A stretch of DNA of 64,000 nt from Acidimicrobiia bacterium (GTDB taxonomy: Bacteria; Actinomycetota; Acidimicrobiia; Spongiisociales; UBA11373). Below are positions 8,669 to 20,026 of this stretch, piece after piece; position 1 is the first letter of the stretch, and every line of letters starts with the position of its first letter. A program made the translations under genes and the position numbers. A model generated the notes under the pieces. The model was not told the origin of the DNA. It saw only the letters and a list, made by a program, of their open reading frames with translations, and made no database searches. Location: assembly GCA_041572755.1 (NCBI GenBank), contig JBFFRY010000007.1, forward strand, positions 29,928-93,927, in the 5' to 3' direction.

Positions 8669-10384
8669 ATGAGCAGCCACACCGGAGCCCAAGCAGTCGT
8701 ACGGGCCCTCGAACGCGAGGGTGCCGAGGTCGCGTTCGGAGTCCCCGGTGGCGCGATCCTCCCCGCCTACGACTCGATGGTCGACAGTTCCCTTCGTCAC
8801 GTCCTGGCTCGCCACGAGCAGGGAGCCGGCCACATGGCGGAGGGTTATGCCCATGCCACCGGCCGCGTCGGTGTGACGATCGCCACGTCGGGACCGGGGG
8901 CCACCAACCTGATCACTCCGCTCCAGGACGCCCTGATGGACTCCATCCCGATCGTGGCGATCACCGGCCAGGTGGCGGCGACGGCGATGGGCAACGATGC
9001 CTTCCAGGAAGCCGACACCAGCGGTCTGGCGATGCATTGCACCAAGCACTCGTACTTGGTCACCGATCCCGACGACATCGCCGACGTCGTTCACGAGGCG
9101 TTCTACCTGGCTTCATCGGGGCGGCCGGGCCCGGTGCTCATCGACATTCCCAAGGACGTGCTGACCGCCCGGACGTCCCGGACCACGCCGGGGGAGTCCA
9201 CTCTGCCCGGGTATCGGCCGGCCGGGGCGGGTCATCCGCTCCAGGTGCGCCGGGCCGTCGACATGCTGATGGAGGCGGAGCGCCCCGTCCTCTACGTCGG
9301 GGGCGGGGTCATCAAGGCCAACGCCCATGCCGAGCTCCTGCAGCTCGCCGAGGCCGTTCAGGCGCCGGTGGTGACCACGCTGATGGCGCGCGGGGCCTTC
9401 CCCGATGATCACCCGCTGGCGCTGGGGATGTCGGGGATGCACGGCACCTATGCCGCCACCACGGCGATGCAGAAGGCCGATCTCCTGTTCACCCTCGGGG
9501 CCCGGTTCGACGATCGGGTAACCGGCGATCCCGACGCCTTCGCTCCGTACGCCAAGGTGGTGCACGTCGACGTCGACCCGGCCGAGATCGGCAAGGTCCG
9601 TCACGCCGATGTGCCCATCGTGGGCGACGTCGGGGCGGTGCTCGGCCAGATAGTGGCCGAGGTGGGTCGCCGCCCCCGCCGGGAACCCGCTCCCGCCCGC
9701 CGGGACTGGCTGGAGACGGTGGGCGGCTGGCAGCGGACCCACCCACTCAACTACCACCAGGATCCGGGCGGCCCGCTCAAGCCGCAGTACGTGATCGAGG
9801 AGCTCCACGCCGCCACCGGCGGTGATGCGATCGTGGTGACAGGCGTCGGTCAGCATCAGATGTGGACCTCCCAGTTCTGGCGGTTCAAGCGCCCTCGGTC
9901 GTGGATCAACTCGGGTGGTCTCGGCACCATGGGCTTCGCCATCCCGGCGGCGATCGGCGCCAAGGTGGGCCGGCCGGACGAGCTCGTGTATGCGATCGAT
10001 GGTGACGGCTGCTTCCAGATGACCCAGCAGGAGCTCACCACCGCCTCCACCCACGGCATCCCGATCAAGGTGGCCGTCCTCAACAACGGCGGGCTCGGCA
10101 TGGTGCGGCAGTGGCAGAACCTGTTCTACGACCGCCGCTTCCACGCCACCGACCTCACCGACCACACCCCCGACTACGTCAAGTTGGCCGAGGCGATGGG
10201 TTGCGTCGGGCTCAGGGCCGAAACGCCCGACGAGGTGGCCCCCGTCATCGAGAAGTCGCTTCACATCGACGACCGTCCGGTGGTCGTGGAGTTCCGCATC
10301 GATCCCGACGAGATGTGCTTCCCCATGGTCGTGTCGGGTGGCAGCAACGACGTGATCGCCATGGGCCCGGAGGATCTGGCATGA
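8669..10384 (+). CDS. ilvB: Acetolactate synthase large subunit
   Basis: Track ORF 8606..10384 trimmed to [35 protein letters not shown]. ThDP-enzyme motifs are present. ATGA overlap with ilvN. Confidence 0.9.
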   Translation: MSSHTGAQAVVRALEREGAEVAFGVPGGAILPAYDSMVDSSLRHVLARHEQGAGHMAEGYAHATGRVGVTIATSGPGATNLITPLQDALMDSIPIVAITGQVAATAMGNDAFQEADTSGLAMHCTKHSYLVTDPDDIADVVHEAFYLASSGRPGPVLIDIPKDVLTARTSRTTPGESTLPGYRPAGAGHPLQVRRAVDMLMEAERPVLYVGGGVIKANAHAELLQLAEAVQAPVVTTLMARGAFPDDHPLALGMSGMHGTYAATTAMQKADLLFTLGARFDDRVTGDPDAFAPYAKVVHVDVDPAEIGKVRHADVPIVGDVGAVLGQIVAEVGRRPRREPAPARRDWLETVGGWQRTHPLNYHQDPGGPLKPQYVIEELHAATGGDAIVVTGVGQHQMWTSQFWRFKRPRSWINSGGLGTMGFAIPAAIGAKVGRPDELVYAIDGDGCFQMTQQELTTASTHGIPIKVAVLNNGGLGMVRQWQNLFYDRRFHATDLTDHTPDYVKLAEAMGCVGLRAETPDEVAPVIEKSLHIDDRPVVVEFRIDPDEMCFPMVVSGGSNDVIAMGPEDLA

Positions 10385-10869
10385 AGCACACCCTGTCGCT
10401 GCTCGTCGAAGACAAAGCGGGCGTGCTGGCGCGGGTGTCGGCGCTGTGTGCCCGACGAGCGATCAACATCCACTCCCTGGCGGTGGGACCCACGCATGAG
10501 ATTGGCCGTTCCCGGGTCACGCTCGTCGTCGACGCCGATCAGGTCGAGCAGGCCACGAAACAGCTCCACAAGCTGGTCAACGTCATCAAGATCAGCGAGC
10601 TGGCGTCGGAGGAGTCCGTGGAGCGGGAGATCATGCTGCTGCGGGTCAACGGTGCCGCCCGGCGCAGTGAGGTGCTCGACCAGGCGGCGCCGTTCGGCGC
10701 CGAGGTGGTCGACGCGTCGTCGTCGTCGGTGGCCTTCCAGGTCGTCGGCCACCCGCGCCACCTGGCCGCGTTTCTCGACGCCATGCGTCCCTTCGGAGTG
10801 ATCGACCTGGTCAAGTCAGGCCGTATCGCCATGCCGCGCGACGTTGCCGCCAACGGAACCAAGGAGTGA
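10381..10869 (+). CDS. ilvN: Acetolactate synthase small (regulatory) subunit
   Basis: [38 protein letters not shown]..., an ACT-domain small subunit of about 162 aa. Its start overlaps the ilvB stop (ATGA). Confidence 0.85.
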   Translation: MKHTLSLLVEDKAGVLARVSALCARRAINIHSLAVGPTHEIGRSRVTLVVDADQVEQATKQLHKLVNVIKISELASEESVEREIMLLRVNGAARRSEVLDQAAPFGAEVVDASSSSVAFQVVGHPRHLAAFLDAMRPFGVIDLVKSGRIAMPRDVAANGTKE

Positions 10870-10879
10870 GGAGAGCCCG

Positions 10880-11887
10880 ATGACCGTGCCCATCTACTAC
10901 GACGCAGACGCTGATCTCTCGCTGGTCAGGTCGCGCAAGGTGGCCGTGCTCGGCTACGGGAGCCAGGGCCACGCCCACGCGCTGAACCTGCGCGACTCGG
11001 GGGTCGACGTCGTCATCGGGCTCAGGGAGGGTTCACGCTCCTGGGTGAAGGCCGAGTCCGAGGGCCTGCGGGTCGTGTCGCCGGAGCAGGCGGTGGCGGC
11101 GGCCGACTTGATCATGGTCCTGGTGCCCGATCAACACCAGGAGAAGCTCTACGCCGACTCGATCGCCCCCAACCTCGAGGCGGGCGATGCGCTGTTCTTC
11201 GCTCACGGGTTCACCATCCACTACGGCCAGATCACGCCTCCGGCCGACGTGGACGTGGCCATGGTGGCCCCCAAGGGTCCGGGTCACCTGGTGCGGCGGA
11301 CCTTCGAAGCGGGCAGCGGAGTGCCTTCTCTCCTGGCGGTGCACCAGGATGCTTCCGGGTCGGCCCATGGCCTGGCCTTGTCCTACGCCTCGGCCATCGG
11401 TGCCGGACGAGCCGGCGTGCTGGAGACCACGTTCCGGGAGGAGACCGAAACCGATCTCTTCGGGGAGCAGGCCATCCTGTGCGGGGGCGTGAGCGAACTG
11501 GTGAAGGCCTCTTTCGACACGCTCGTCGAAGCGGGCTACGCCCCCGAGTCGGCCTACTTCGAGTGCCTCCACGAGCTGAAGCTGATCGTCGACCTCTTCT
11601 ACGAGGGCGGTCTGGCGTGGATGCGCCACTCGGTGTCGGACACGGCCGAGTACGGGGATCTCACCCGGGGTCCCCGCATCGTGACCGAGGAGACCCGCAA
11701 GACGATGCGCAAGATCCTCGACGATGTCCAGTCGGGGGCCTTCGCCGAGGAATGGATCGCCGAGAACCGCAAGGGCGCCCCCCTTCTCCAGGAGCTGCGC
11801 GCCCGCGACCGTGAGCACCCCATCGAGTCCGTCGGTGCCCGGCTCCGTTCCATGATGCCCTTCATCGATCCGAAGGCACCCGAATGA
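10880..11887 (+). CDS. ilvC: Ketol-acid reductoisomerase
   Basis: [55 protein letters not shown] at 10861. Confidence 0.9.
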   Translation: MTVPIYYDADADLSLVRSRKVAVLGYGSQGHAHALNLRDSGVDVVIGLREGSRSWVKAESEGLRVVSPEQAVAAADLIMVLVPDQHQEKLYADSIAPNLEAGDALFFAHGFTIHYGQITPPADVDVAMVAPKGPGHLVRRTFEAGSGVPSLLAVHQDASGSAHGLALSYASAIGAGRAGVLETTFREETETDLFGEQAILCGGVSELVKASFDTLVEAGYAPESAYFECLHELKLIVDLFYEGGLAWMRHSVSDTAEYGDLTRGPRIVTEETRKTMRKILDDVQSGAFAEEWIAENRKGAPLLQELRARDREHPIESVGARLRSMMPFIDPKAPE

Positions 11888-12186
11888 TCTCTCCGAGGTC
11901 TCGGGTGGCGGCCCGGGAGCTGACGATCGAGTACCGCGATCAGGAGTACCCGTTGGTGGTGCGTTGCTTCGAGTCGGCCCGCGCCGCCCTCGGGGTCGAC
12001 GCCTCTCTCGCCGGCTACGACGTGCGGAGAATCGACCTGGATGGAAGCCCGATGGCCGACGTGCGGGCCACCGTCCGGGCCAACGGCATGGCCTTCGTAG
12101 GGAGGGGGATGGCTGCGGATCTCGCCGAGAGCGCCTCCCGGGCCGTGGGGGCCGCGCTCGACGAGGCCCGGAAGGGAGCCCCTTAG
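11884..12186 (+). CDS. Small stand-alone LeuA-C-terminal-like (LeuA_dimer/regulatory domain) protein
   Basis: 100 aa. ...[51 protein letters not shown] resembles the LeuA allosteric domain (..GEVTVRL..DGR...G.GADTDIV.ASAKAYL.AL). ATGA overlap with the ilvC stop, and its stop abuts the leuB ATG. Confidence 0.45.
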   Translation: MISPRSRVAARELTIEYRDQEYPLVVRCFESARAALGVDASLAGYDVRRIDLDGSPMADVRATVRANGMAFVGRGMAADLAESASRAVGAALDEARKGAP

Positions 12187-13218
12187 ATGCGAGTGGCGGT
12201 CATCCCCGGTGATGGGACGGGTCCCGAGGTGGTCGCCGAGGCCCTGAAGGTGCTCGAAGCCGCCGACCGGGCGTTCGACCTCAAGCTGGAGTTCGAGCGC
12301 TACGACCTCGGCGGCGAGCGGTATCTCAGAACCGGGGAGACCCTGCCGCCGCCCGTCCTCGACGAGCTGCGCCACGTGGATGCGATCCTGTTCGGGGCGA
12401 TCGGGCATCCCGAGGTCAAGCCGGGGATCCTCGAGCGGGGGATCATCCTCCGCCTTCGCCGGGAGATGAACCAGTACATCAACTTGCGGCCGGTCCGGCT
12501 GCTCCCCGGGGTGACCACGCCGCTGCGCGGCAAGGGACCGGAGAGCATCGACATGGTGATCGTTCGGGAGAACCTCGAAGGCCTCTATGTGGGCGCCGGG
12601 GGCTTCACCGAGCAGGGAACCCCCCGTGAAGTCGCGCTTCAGACGTCGGTGAACACGCGGTTCGTCGTCGAGCGGTGTATCCGATTCGCCTTTGGCCTCG
12701 CCGCCGGGCGGACCCGGCGCAAGGTCACCTTCTGCGGGAAGACCAACGTGCTCACCTACGCCCACGACCTGTGGGATCGGGTGTTCGAGGAGGTGGCGGA
12801 CGACTTCCCCGATGTGGAAGCCGACTACGCCAACGTGGACGCCGTCTGCGTGTGGATGATCGAAAGCCCGGAGCGCTTCGACGTCATCGTCACCGACAAC
12901 ATGTTCGGCGACATCATCACCGATCTGGGCGCCGCCATCCAGGGAGGCATGGGAATGGCCGCCGGTGCCAACCTGAACCCCGAAGGCGTCTCGATGTTCG
13001 AGCCGATCGGGGGCACCGCCCCCGACCTGGTCGGAACCGGTCGGGTGAACCCGATCGCCGCCATCCGGGCGGCCGCCATGCTGCTCGAACACACCGGCCA
13101 TCCCGACGCCGCGGCCGCGGTCGATCGCTCTTCGGCTGAGGTGGCCGGGGAGTCTGCCGCCTTGCCCACCGTCGAGGTGGGCGACCGCGTGGCGCAGCTG
13201 GTGGGGACGGGCCCATGA
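12187..13218 (+). CDS. leuB: 3-isopropylmalate dehydrogenase
   Basis: [26 protein letters not shown]...; IDH/IMDH family. Confidence 0.9.
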   Translation: MRVAVIPGDGTGPEVVAEALKVLEAADRAFDLKLEFERYDLGGERYLRTGETLPPPVLDELRHVDAILFGAIGHPEVKPGILERGIILRLRREMNQYINLRPVRLLPGVTTPLRGKGPESIDMVIVRENLEGLYVGAGGFTEQGTPREVALQTSVNTRFVVERCIRFAFGLAAGRTRRKVTFCGKTNVLTYAHDLWDRVFEEVADDFPDVEADYANVDAVCVWMIESPERFDVIVTDNMFGDIITDLGAAIQGGMGMAAGANLNPEGVSMFEPIGGTAPDLVGTGRVNPIAAIRAAAMLLEHTGHPDAAAAVDRSSAEVAGESAALPTVEVGDRVAQLVGTGP

Positions 13219-14660
13219 CGGTGACCCGGCCCGACCGCCCGCCGACCTCCACGACCGGGGCTCGGACGCTGCTCGACAAGATCTGGGAGGCCCACGTGGT
13301 GGAGCGGGCCGAGGGCCGTCCCGACCTGCTCTACGTCGATCTCCATCTCGTCCACGAGGTGACCTCTCCGCAGGCCTTCGCCGGGTTGGCGGCGGCCGGC
13401 CGTTCGGTTCGTCGCCCCGACCTGACGCTCGCCACCGTCGATCACGCCGCTCCCACCCTGGATCGAGCGGCCGGTATCGCCGATCCGGTTTCCCGCAAGC
13501 AGGCAGAGACGCTGGCCGAGAACTGCCGGTCTGCCGGGGTCCCGCTCTATGCCCTCGACGACGCCCGCCAAGGCATCGTCCACGTCATCGGGCCGGAGCA
13601 GGGTCTGACCCAGCCGGGTATGACCATCGTGTGCGGCGACAGCCACACGTCGACCCACGGAGCGTTCGGTGCCCTCGCGTTCGGGATCGGGACCTCGGAG
13701 GTCGAGCACGTGCTCGCCACCCAGACCCTGCCCCAGCGCAAGCCCCGCACGACGTCGGTGACCGTCGACGGCGAGTTGGGTGCCGGGGTCACGGCCAAGG
13801 ACGTCATCCTCGGCATCATCGCCCGGATCGGTGTCGGGGCAGGGGCCGGACACATCGTCGAGTACCGGGGCAGCGCCATCCGGGCCCTCTCGATGGAGGG
13901 GCGGATGACGGTGTGCAACATGTCCATCGAGGCCGGTTTTCGAGCCGGGATGATCGCTCCCGACGACACCACCTTTGGCTACCTGGAGGGAAGGGCCCAC
14001 GCCCCCAAGGGCCAGGCGTGGGAGGAGGCGCTGGAGTACTGGCGCTCGCTGCCCTCCGACGAGGGTGCCGGCTTCGACGTCGGGTTCGAGGTCCCGGCCG
14101 CAGAACTCGAACCGTTCGTGAGCTGGGGCACCAACCCGGCCCAGACCGTGCCGATCACCGGGGTGGTTCCCTCGCCCGACGACTACGCCGACCCGCTGGA
14201 GCGGGAAGCGTGCGCCCGAGCCCTGGCCTACATGGATCTGGAGCCGGGGACACCGATGACCGAGATTCCCATCGATCGGGTCTTCGTGGGGTCCTGCACC
14301 AACGCCAGGATCGAGGATCTTCGTGCCGCCGCCGCGGTCGTCGCCGGCCGGACCGTGCACCCCGGGATCAGTGCCATGGTGGTTCCCGGATCCGGTCTGG
14401 TGAAGGCGCAGGCGGAGCAGGAGGGACTCGATCGGGTGTTCCGCGATGCCGGGTTCGAGTGGCGGGACGCCGGATGCTCTCTGTGTATCGCCATGAACGG
14501 TGACGAGGTGGCCTCCGGTGAGCGATGCGCCTCGACCTCCAACCGCAACTTCGAGGGACGGCAGGGGAGGGGATCCCGAACCCACCTGGTCAGTCCGGCG
14601 ATGGCGGCGGCGGCCGCCCTCGAAGGCCACTTCGTCGACGTTCGGGAGGTGACGGGCTGA
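13215..14660 (+). CDS. leuC: 3-isopropylmalate dehydratase large subunit
   Basis: 481 aa aconitase-family protein. ...[31 protein letters not shown]... Confidence 0.9.
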   Translation: MTVTRPDRPPTSTTGARTLLDKIWEAHVVERAEGRPDLLYVDLHLVHEVTSPQAFAGLAAAGRSVRRPDLTLATVDHAAPTLDRAAGIADPVSRKQAETLAENCRSAGVPLYALDDARQGIVHVIGPEQGLTQPGMTIVCGDSHTSTHGAFGALAFGIGTSEVEHVLATQTLPQRKPRTTSVTVDGELGAGVTAKDVILGIIARIGVGAGAGHIVEYRGSAIRALSMEGRMTVCNMSIEAGFRAGMIAPDDTTFGYLEGRAHAPKGQAWEEALEYWRSLPSDEGAGFDVGFEVPAAELEPFVSWGTNPAQTVPITGVVPSPDDYADPLEREACARALAYMDLEPGTPMTEIPIDRVFVGSCTNARIEDLRAAAAVVAGRTVHPGISAMVVPGSGLVKAQAEQEGLDRVFRDAGFEWRDAGCSLCIAMNGDEVASGERCASTSNRNFEGRQGRGSRTHLVSPAMAAAAALEGHFVDVREVTG

Positions 14661-15283
14661 TGGAGCCGGTCACCACCATCCGGGGGCCGATGGCGCCGCT
14701 GATGCGGACCAATGTGGACACCGACCAGATCATCCCCACCGAGTTCCTCAAGCGCACCGAGAGGACCGGGTTCGGCGCCTTCCTGTTCTGGGACTGGGCC
14801 CACCGCGACGACGGCAGTCCCGATCCGTCGTTCGTGCTCAACCGCGAGGAGTACCGCAACGCCGCCGTGCTGGTCACCGGACCCAACTTCGGGTCGGGGT
14901 CGTCGCGAGAGCACGCCCCCTGGGCGCTCCAGGACTGGGGGTTTCGGGCCATCGTCGCCCCGTCGTTCGCCGACATCTTCCTGGCGAACTGTCACAAGAT
15001 CGGCTTGTTGCCGGTGGCGCTCCATGCCGCCGAGGTGGAGGCACTGGGCGATCTCGCCACCACCGACCCGACCGCCGAAGTCACCATCGATCTCGAGGCG
15101 CAGACGGTCGTGGCACCTGGTCTCGAGGCTGCCTTCGACATCGACCCGGCCGTGAAGTGGGGCTTGCAGCGGGGTCTCGATGAGGTCGGCCTCACCCTGC
15201 AGGGCCTGACCGCGATCGAAGCTTTCGAATCGACTCGTCCCCGGTTCAAGCCGGTATTGACCACACATGAACAGGAACGGTGA
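14660..15283 (+). CDS. leuD: 3-isopropylmalate dehydratase small subunit
   Basis: [26 protein letters not shown]... TGATG overlap with leuC. Confidence 0.9.
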   Translation: MEPVTTIRGPMAPLMRTNVDTDQIIPTEFLKRTERTGFGAFLFWDWAHRDDGSPDPSFVLNREEYRNAAVLVTGPNFGSGSSREHAPWALQDWGFRAIVAPSFADIFLANCHKIGLLPVALHAAEVEALGDLATTDPTAEVTIDLEAQTVVAPGLEAAFDIDPAVKWGLQRGLDEVGLTLQGLTAIEAFESTRPRFKPVLTTHEQER

Positions 15284-16200
15284 TCCCGATGATCGAATCC
15301 AAATACGTGTGGAGTGACGGGGAGCTGATCGCGTGGGAAGACGCGACGGTTCACGTGCTCTCCCACGCCTTGCACTACGGCAGCGGTGTCTTCGAGGGCA
15401 TCCGGGCCTACGACACGACGGACGGCACAGCGGTCTTTCGGATGCGGGAGCACTACGAGCGCCTGCATCGTTCGGCTGCGGCGTACGGGATGCCGATGCG
15501 TTGGACCGTCGGCGAGCTGGAGGTCGCCACCAAGGAGGTGCTGGCCTCCAACGAGTTGAAGAGCGGGTATGTGCGCCCCATCGTCTTCTACGAGCTCGGA
15601 GCGATAGGGCTCGACCCCCGCAATGCTCGGGTCAGGACGATGATCGCCACGTGGCAGTGGGGCAAGTACCTGGGTGAGGACGGTGTCATCAACGGCATCC
15701 GGCTGATGACGTCGTCCTGGCGGAGGTTCCCGTCGGCTTCGTTCCCCAACGCCAAGGCCACCGGCACCTACATCAACAGCATCCTCGCCAAGCGGGAGGC
15801 GTTGCAGGCCGGCTACGACGAAGCCCTGATGCTGGACGTCGACGGGCGAGTCTCGGAGGGAAGCGGAGAGAACCTGTTCCTGGTGGCGGACGGCAAGGTC
15901 TCGACCCCTTCACTCGACTCCGGGTGCCTCGACGGCATCACGCGCGACACGGTCATGAAGCTCCTGCGGGATCAGGGCTATGAGGTCACCGAAGCCGAGA
16001 TCGCCCCCGAGCAACTCTGCGAGGCCGACGAGCTCTTCCTGACCGGCACCGCCGCCGAGGTGACCCCGGTGCGTGAGGTCGATGACTGCCGGATCGCGAA
16101 CGGCAAGCCGGGCGAGGTCACTCGGCTGACGCAGCGGCTCTTCGAGGAGACGGTGACCGGGAGGCTCCTCGAGTACCGCGATTGGCTGGCCTACGTGTAG
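15280..16200 (+). CDS. ilvE: Branched-chain amino acid aminotransferase (GTG 15280 or ATG 15289)
   Basis: ...GELIAWEDATVHVLSHALHYGSGVFEGIRAY...; PLP fold-type IV. Confidence 0.85.
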   Translation: MIPMIESKYVWSDGELIAWEDATVHVLSHALHYGSGVFEGIRAYDTTDGTAVFRMREHYERLHRSAAAYGMPMRWTVGELEVATKEVLASNELKSGYVRPIVFYELGAIGLDPRNARVRTMIATWQWGKYLGEDGVINGIRLMTSSWRRFPSASFPNAKATGTYINSILAKREALQAGYDEALMLDVDGRVSEGSGENLFLVADGKVSTPSLDSGCLDGITRDTVMKLLRDQGYEVTEAEIAPEQLCEADELFLTGTAAEVTPVREVDDCRIANGKPGEVTRLTQRLFEETVTGRLLEYRDWLAYV

Positions 16201-16251
16201 GGAGGGCTCCCCACGTCCCGGGCCGGGCCGCCGTCGCAGGAGATCGGCGTA

Positions 16252-17604
16252 TCAGCGCCCACCGGGGCCTCCGGCGGCCAGCAGGCGCAAGGCGATCGCC
16301 TCCCCGAGGATTCCCTTGCGAAGCTCGTCGAGGTCCTGGCTCTCGTCGGGCCCATGGGCCCGGCTCGTGGGATCGGCGACACCGGTGAGAACGATGGCCG
16401 ACTCCGGGTACACCTCCTCGAACTCGGCGACGAAGGGGATGGATCCGCCGACCCCGATTTCGGCGACGTCGGCGCCCCAGGCTTCGGCAAAGGCTTCGCG
16501 AAAGGCGGCGACTCGCGGGTCGGAGGTATCGGCGGCGAACGGCGCTCCCGCCTCGAAGGGAGTCACGGTGACCTCGGCACCCCACGCATCGAGGGCCTCG
16601 AAGTGCTCCCGGAGGGCTTCCAGCGCCCGTTGGGGGTCGTCTCCGGGAGCCAGCCTCACGCTCACCTTGGCCCGGGCAACCGGAACGAGCTGGTTGATGG
16701 CTTCGGCCACCGGGGGAGCGTCCATGGCCAGCACCGCCGCCGCCGGCCGGGTCCACATGCGGGAGGTGAGTGAGCCCTCCCCGATGAGGCGGACCGAGGG
16801 CAGCACCCCGGTCTGTTCCCGCAGCTCGCTCTCGGTCAGATCGAGGGGCTCCGCCTCGTTGGACACCAGGCCCGGGATGGCCACCCGCCCCTCGGCGTCG
16901 TGCAGCGTGGCGAGCAACCTGGTGAGCACGGTGAGGGCATCGGGGACGACGCCTCCTCCCATGCCGCTGTGGATGCCCTTGTCGAGAGTGCGGACTTCGA
17001 GGAGGACCGCCGCCAGACCGCGCAGTGAGATGGTGAGGGCCGGGTGGCCCACCCGCCAGTTGCTGCTGTCGGCGATGACGATCACGTCCGCGGCCAGTAG
17101 CTCACCGTGGGCGGCCAGGTAGTCACCGAGGTGAGCCGAGCCGACCTCCTCCTCGCCTTCGACGAAGACCTTGAGCCCGACCGGCGGGGCGCCGCCGAAG
17201 GCCCGCATCACCCCGGCGTGGAGGACCACGTTGGCCTTGTCGTCTGAGGTTCCTCGCCCGTAGAGGCGGCCGTCTCGTTCGGTTGGTTGGAACGGAGGGG
17301 TCGACCATTCCCCGTCGGGTCCGGGCGGCTGGACGTCGTGATGGGCATAGAGGAGGACCGTGGGGGCCCCCTCGGGGGCCGGGCAGGCGGCGAACACGGC
17401 CGGGTGGGCTCCCTCGACCTCGAGCAGCCGCACGTCGGGGAAACCGGCATCGGCGTAGAGGGCCGCCACCGCCTCGGCGCAGCGGCGCACTTCGGCGGGA
17501 TCGAATGCAGCGGCGCTGACCGAGGGGATGCGCACCAGTGCCTCGAGGTCGGATTGGATAGCAGGGAACAGGTCGTCGATGGTCGAGCGCAGGTCGTCGT
17601 TCAT
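16252..17604 (-). CDS. M20 family metallopeptidase (dipeptidase / desuccinylase-like)
   Basis: 450 aa. ...LLYAHHDVQPPGPDGEWSTPPFQPTERDGRLYGRGTSDDKANV... Confidence 0.75.
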   Translation of the reverse strand: MNDDLRSTIDDLFPAIQSDLEALVRIPSVSAAAFDPAEVRRCAEAVAALYADAGFPDVRLLEVEGAHPAVFAACPAPEGAPTVLLYAHHDVQPPGPDGEWSTPPFQPTERDGRLYGRGTSDDKANVVLHAGVMRAFGGAPPVGLKVFVEGEEEVGSAHLGDYLAAHGELLAADVIVIADSSNWRVGHPALTISLRGLAAVLLEVRTLDKGIHSGMGGGVVPDALTVLTRLLATLHDAEGRVAIPGLVSNEAEPLDLTESELREQTGVLPSVRLIGEGSLTSRMWTRPAAAVLAMDAPPVAEAINQLVPVARAKVSVRLAPGDDPQRALEALREHFEALDAWGAEVTVTPFEAGAPFAADTSDPRVAAFREAFAEAWGADVAEIGVGGSIPFVAEFEEVYPESAIVLTGVADPTSRAHGPDESQDLDELRKGILGEAIALRLLAAGGPGGR

Positions 17605-17657
17605 GGCGCCGAAACTAGCCGCCTCCGGTTGGTCCTAGCCTGCTGGGGAACCAAGGA

Positions 17658-19325
17658 GTGCCCATGACCCAGGACCCAACCCGGCTCGCCGACGCGTACT
17701 GGCAGTACCGGCTCGAGACGTCTCCCACCCAAGCCCTGATGCTCGGCGACCACCGCTTCGACGCCCTCCACGAGGAAGCCTCCCGTGAGGCCGAGGACCG
17801 CCACATCGCCCGCCTCGAGGAGTTTGCGGGTGCTGCGGAGGCGATCGACCCTGCCGGCCTGTCGGCCGACGAGCGGGTCACCGTCGAGACCCTCGCCGAG
17901 ACCGCCCGCGCCGAGGCAGACCACCTGGCCGCCCGCCTCGCCGAGGTCGCCGTGAATCACGTGATCGGCCCGCAGGCGATGCTCCCCGTGATGGTGCCTC
18001 AGCTGCCGATCACCGAACCGGAGCATGCCGCGGCGCTCGAAGAGAAGTATCGGGGAGTGGGCCGGATGTTCGGGGAGCTGAGCGAACGGATCCGTGAGGG
18101 GGTCGCCGGGGGTCGGGCGCCGATCGACCTCCACTGCGACCGCACGGTGGCCTGGCTCGACGCGATCCTCGATTCAGCCGTCGAGGAAGACCCCTATCTC
18201 AAGGTGCGGGTTCCCGAGGCGTTCTCCGAGGCCGACGCCGCGGCGTGGAAGGAACGCCTGGCCGCGATCGTTGCCGGGGTGATCCGTCCCGGCCTCCGCA
18301 GGTTCCGGGACGTCATCGCCGATGAGGCCCGGCCGGTGGCCCGGTCAGTCGAGGCCCCGGGTCTGTGCACGCTCCCCGGTGGCGAGGAGGCCTACGCGGC
18401 GGCCGTTCGCCGCTACGTCACCCTCGACATGGACCCCGTCGACGTTCATCGCATCGGGCTCGAGCAGGTGGAACGGCTCGCCGAGGAATACCGAGCGCTG
18501 GGGTCCTCCGTGATGGGTACCACCGACCTGCCGCAGATCATGAGTGCCCTGCGCGACGATCCCGACCTCCACTTCTCCGATGGGCCGGCGGTGGTGGCCG
18601 CCTCCGAAGCGGCGCTGGCGAAGGCCAGAGCGGCGATGGGAAGCTGGTTCGGCCGGCTCCCCGAGGCCGACTGCGTGGTCGCCGAGACCGCCGACGGCCC
18701 GATCGCCTTCTACTACCCACCCGCCGAGGATGGAACCCGGCCCGGCACGTTCTTCGTGAACACCTCCGATCCGGCGAACTGGGGAACGTTCCAGATCGAG
18801 TCGATGGCCTTCCACGAGGGGATCCCCGGCCATCACCTCCAAATCGCCATCTCCCAGGAGCTCGAGGGTGTGCCCGATTTCCGCCGCCACATCCTGGTGT
18901 CGGCCTATGCGGAGGGTTGGGGTCTCTACACCGAGCGGCTCGCCGACGAGATGGGTCTCTACCGCAGCGATCTCGATCGCTTCGGCATGCTGTGGGGCGA
19001 CTCGATGCGGTCCTGCCGCCTCGTGGTGGACACCGGTGTGCACGCCCTTGGATGGAGCCGCCGGCAGGCGATCGACTTCATGATCGAGAATTCGCCGATG
19101 GCCGTCGGTCAGGTCGAGGCTGAGATCGACCGCTACATCGGGATGGCCGGCCAGGCCCTCTCCTACATGCTGGGCCGCTTGGAGGTGGATCGGCTCCGCA
19201 CCGCAGCCGAGACGGCCATGGGGGAGCGGTTCGACATCAAGGGCTTCCACGACGTGGTGCTCGGCTCGGGCACGGTGACCCTCGGCACCCTCGGTCGCCT
19301 GGTCGGGGAGTGGGGCGGGTTCTAG
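17658..19325 (+). CDS. DUF885-family putative metallopeptidase
   Basis: 555 aa. Conserved HEGIPGHHLQ motif and overall DUF885-like architecture. Confidence 0.6.
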   Translation: MPMTQDPTRLADAYWQYRLETSPTQALMLGDHRFDALHEEASREAEDRHIARLEEFAGAAEAIDPAGLSADERVTVETLAETARAEADHLAARLAEVAVNHVIGPQAMLPVMVPQLPITEPEHAAALEEKYRGVGRMFGELSERIREGVAGGRAPIDLHCDRTVAWLDAILDSAVEEDPYLKVRVPEAFSEADAAAWKERLAAIVAGVIRPGLRRFRDVIADEARPVARSVEAPGLCTLPGGEEAYAAAVRRYVTLDMDPVDVHRIGLEQVERLAEEYRALGSSVMGTTDLPQIMSALRDDPDLHFSDGPAVVAASEAALAKARAAMGSWFGRLPEADCVVAETADGPIAFYYPPAEDGTRPGTFFVNTSDPANWGTFQIESMAFHEGIPGHHLQIAISQELEGVPDFRRHILVSAYAEGWGLYTERLADEMGLYRSDLDRFGMLWGDSMRSCRLVVDTGVHALGWSRRQAIDFMIENSPMAVGQVEAEIDRYIGMAGQALSYMLGRLEVDRLRTAAETAMGERFDIKGFHDVVLGSGTVTLGTLGRLVGEWGGF

Positions 19326-19375
19326 GGGGGCGGCCGGAACGCCGCTGGTCGTTTGCCCCGACGATGGGCGGCCCC

Positions 19376-19900
19376 TCAGCCGGCGAATGTCAGGGTGAGG
19401 TGGTAGCCGGTCAGCACCAAGAAGCCCCCGAGCAGCAGTAGTGAGGCCTCGAGCACCCGACGGTAGCGACGCAGCGTCCACAAACCCATCGCAACCGCCC
19501 CGACCAGGGTCAGCTTGAAGACGGCGGCCACCACCGGATCGAAGCCCAGCAGCTCGGCCATCACCGGGTTGAGTTCGGTGGCTCCGAGACCGAGGGCCCG
19601 TACGGTGAGCAGCAGATCCACGGCATTGAGGAGCACCACCGCTCCGAGGACCGCGGCCACGGCGCCGGGACGATCCCGGTAGTTGATCAGCAGCCGGGCG
19701 CCGGCCGCGCGGATCGGTCCGGGCCCGGCGAGGCGGCGGTCGAAGCCGCTTCTCCGCTCCGGATAGTGCAGGGAGGCCCGCCGCACTCGGCGGTCCGCCA
19801 CGCGTCGGTTCTCGATGGTGCTCTCCACCGACTCCTCCACTACGGAGGGTAGCCGATCAGTATCCCTCAGTCGTCGTGGCGGGTCGGAGGGGATCGCCAC
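19376..19900 (-). CDS. Hypothetical membrane protein (Arg-rich cytoplasmic N-terminus plus about 4 TM helices)
   Basis: 174 aa. ...LLINYRDRPGAVAAVLGAVVLLNAVDLLLTV... Confidence 0.4.
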   Translation of the reverse strand: MAIPSDPPRRLRDTDRLPSVVEESVESTIENRRVADRRVRRASLHYPERRSGFDRRLAGPGPIRAAGARLLINYRDRPGAVAAVLGAVVLLNAVDLLLTVRALGLGATELNPVMAELLGFDPVVAAVFKLTLVGAVAMGLWTLRRYRRVLEASLLLLGGFLVLTGYHLTLTFAG

Positions 19901-20026
19901 CGAGTCCGCTCCGGGTCGACGGGTGGTGCGGCGCTTGCCGTCGCGGGCGCCGAGGGTCGCCTCGTCCCTCTCCTCCCCGGCACTGACCCGGGACGCAACG
20001 GGGCGGTCCCGCTATGCTGCCCGGCT

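Noticed and set aside
16118-16756. Arg/Gly-rich minus- and plus-strand ORFs overlapping the M20 peptidase gene
   Set aside because: Alternative-frame artefacts inside a gene with clear M20 homology.
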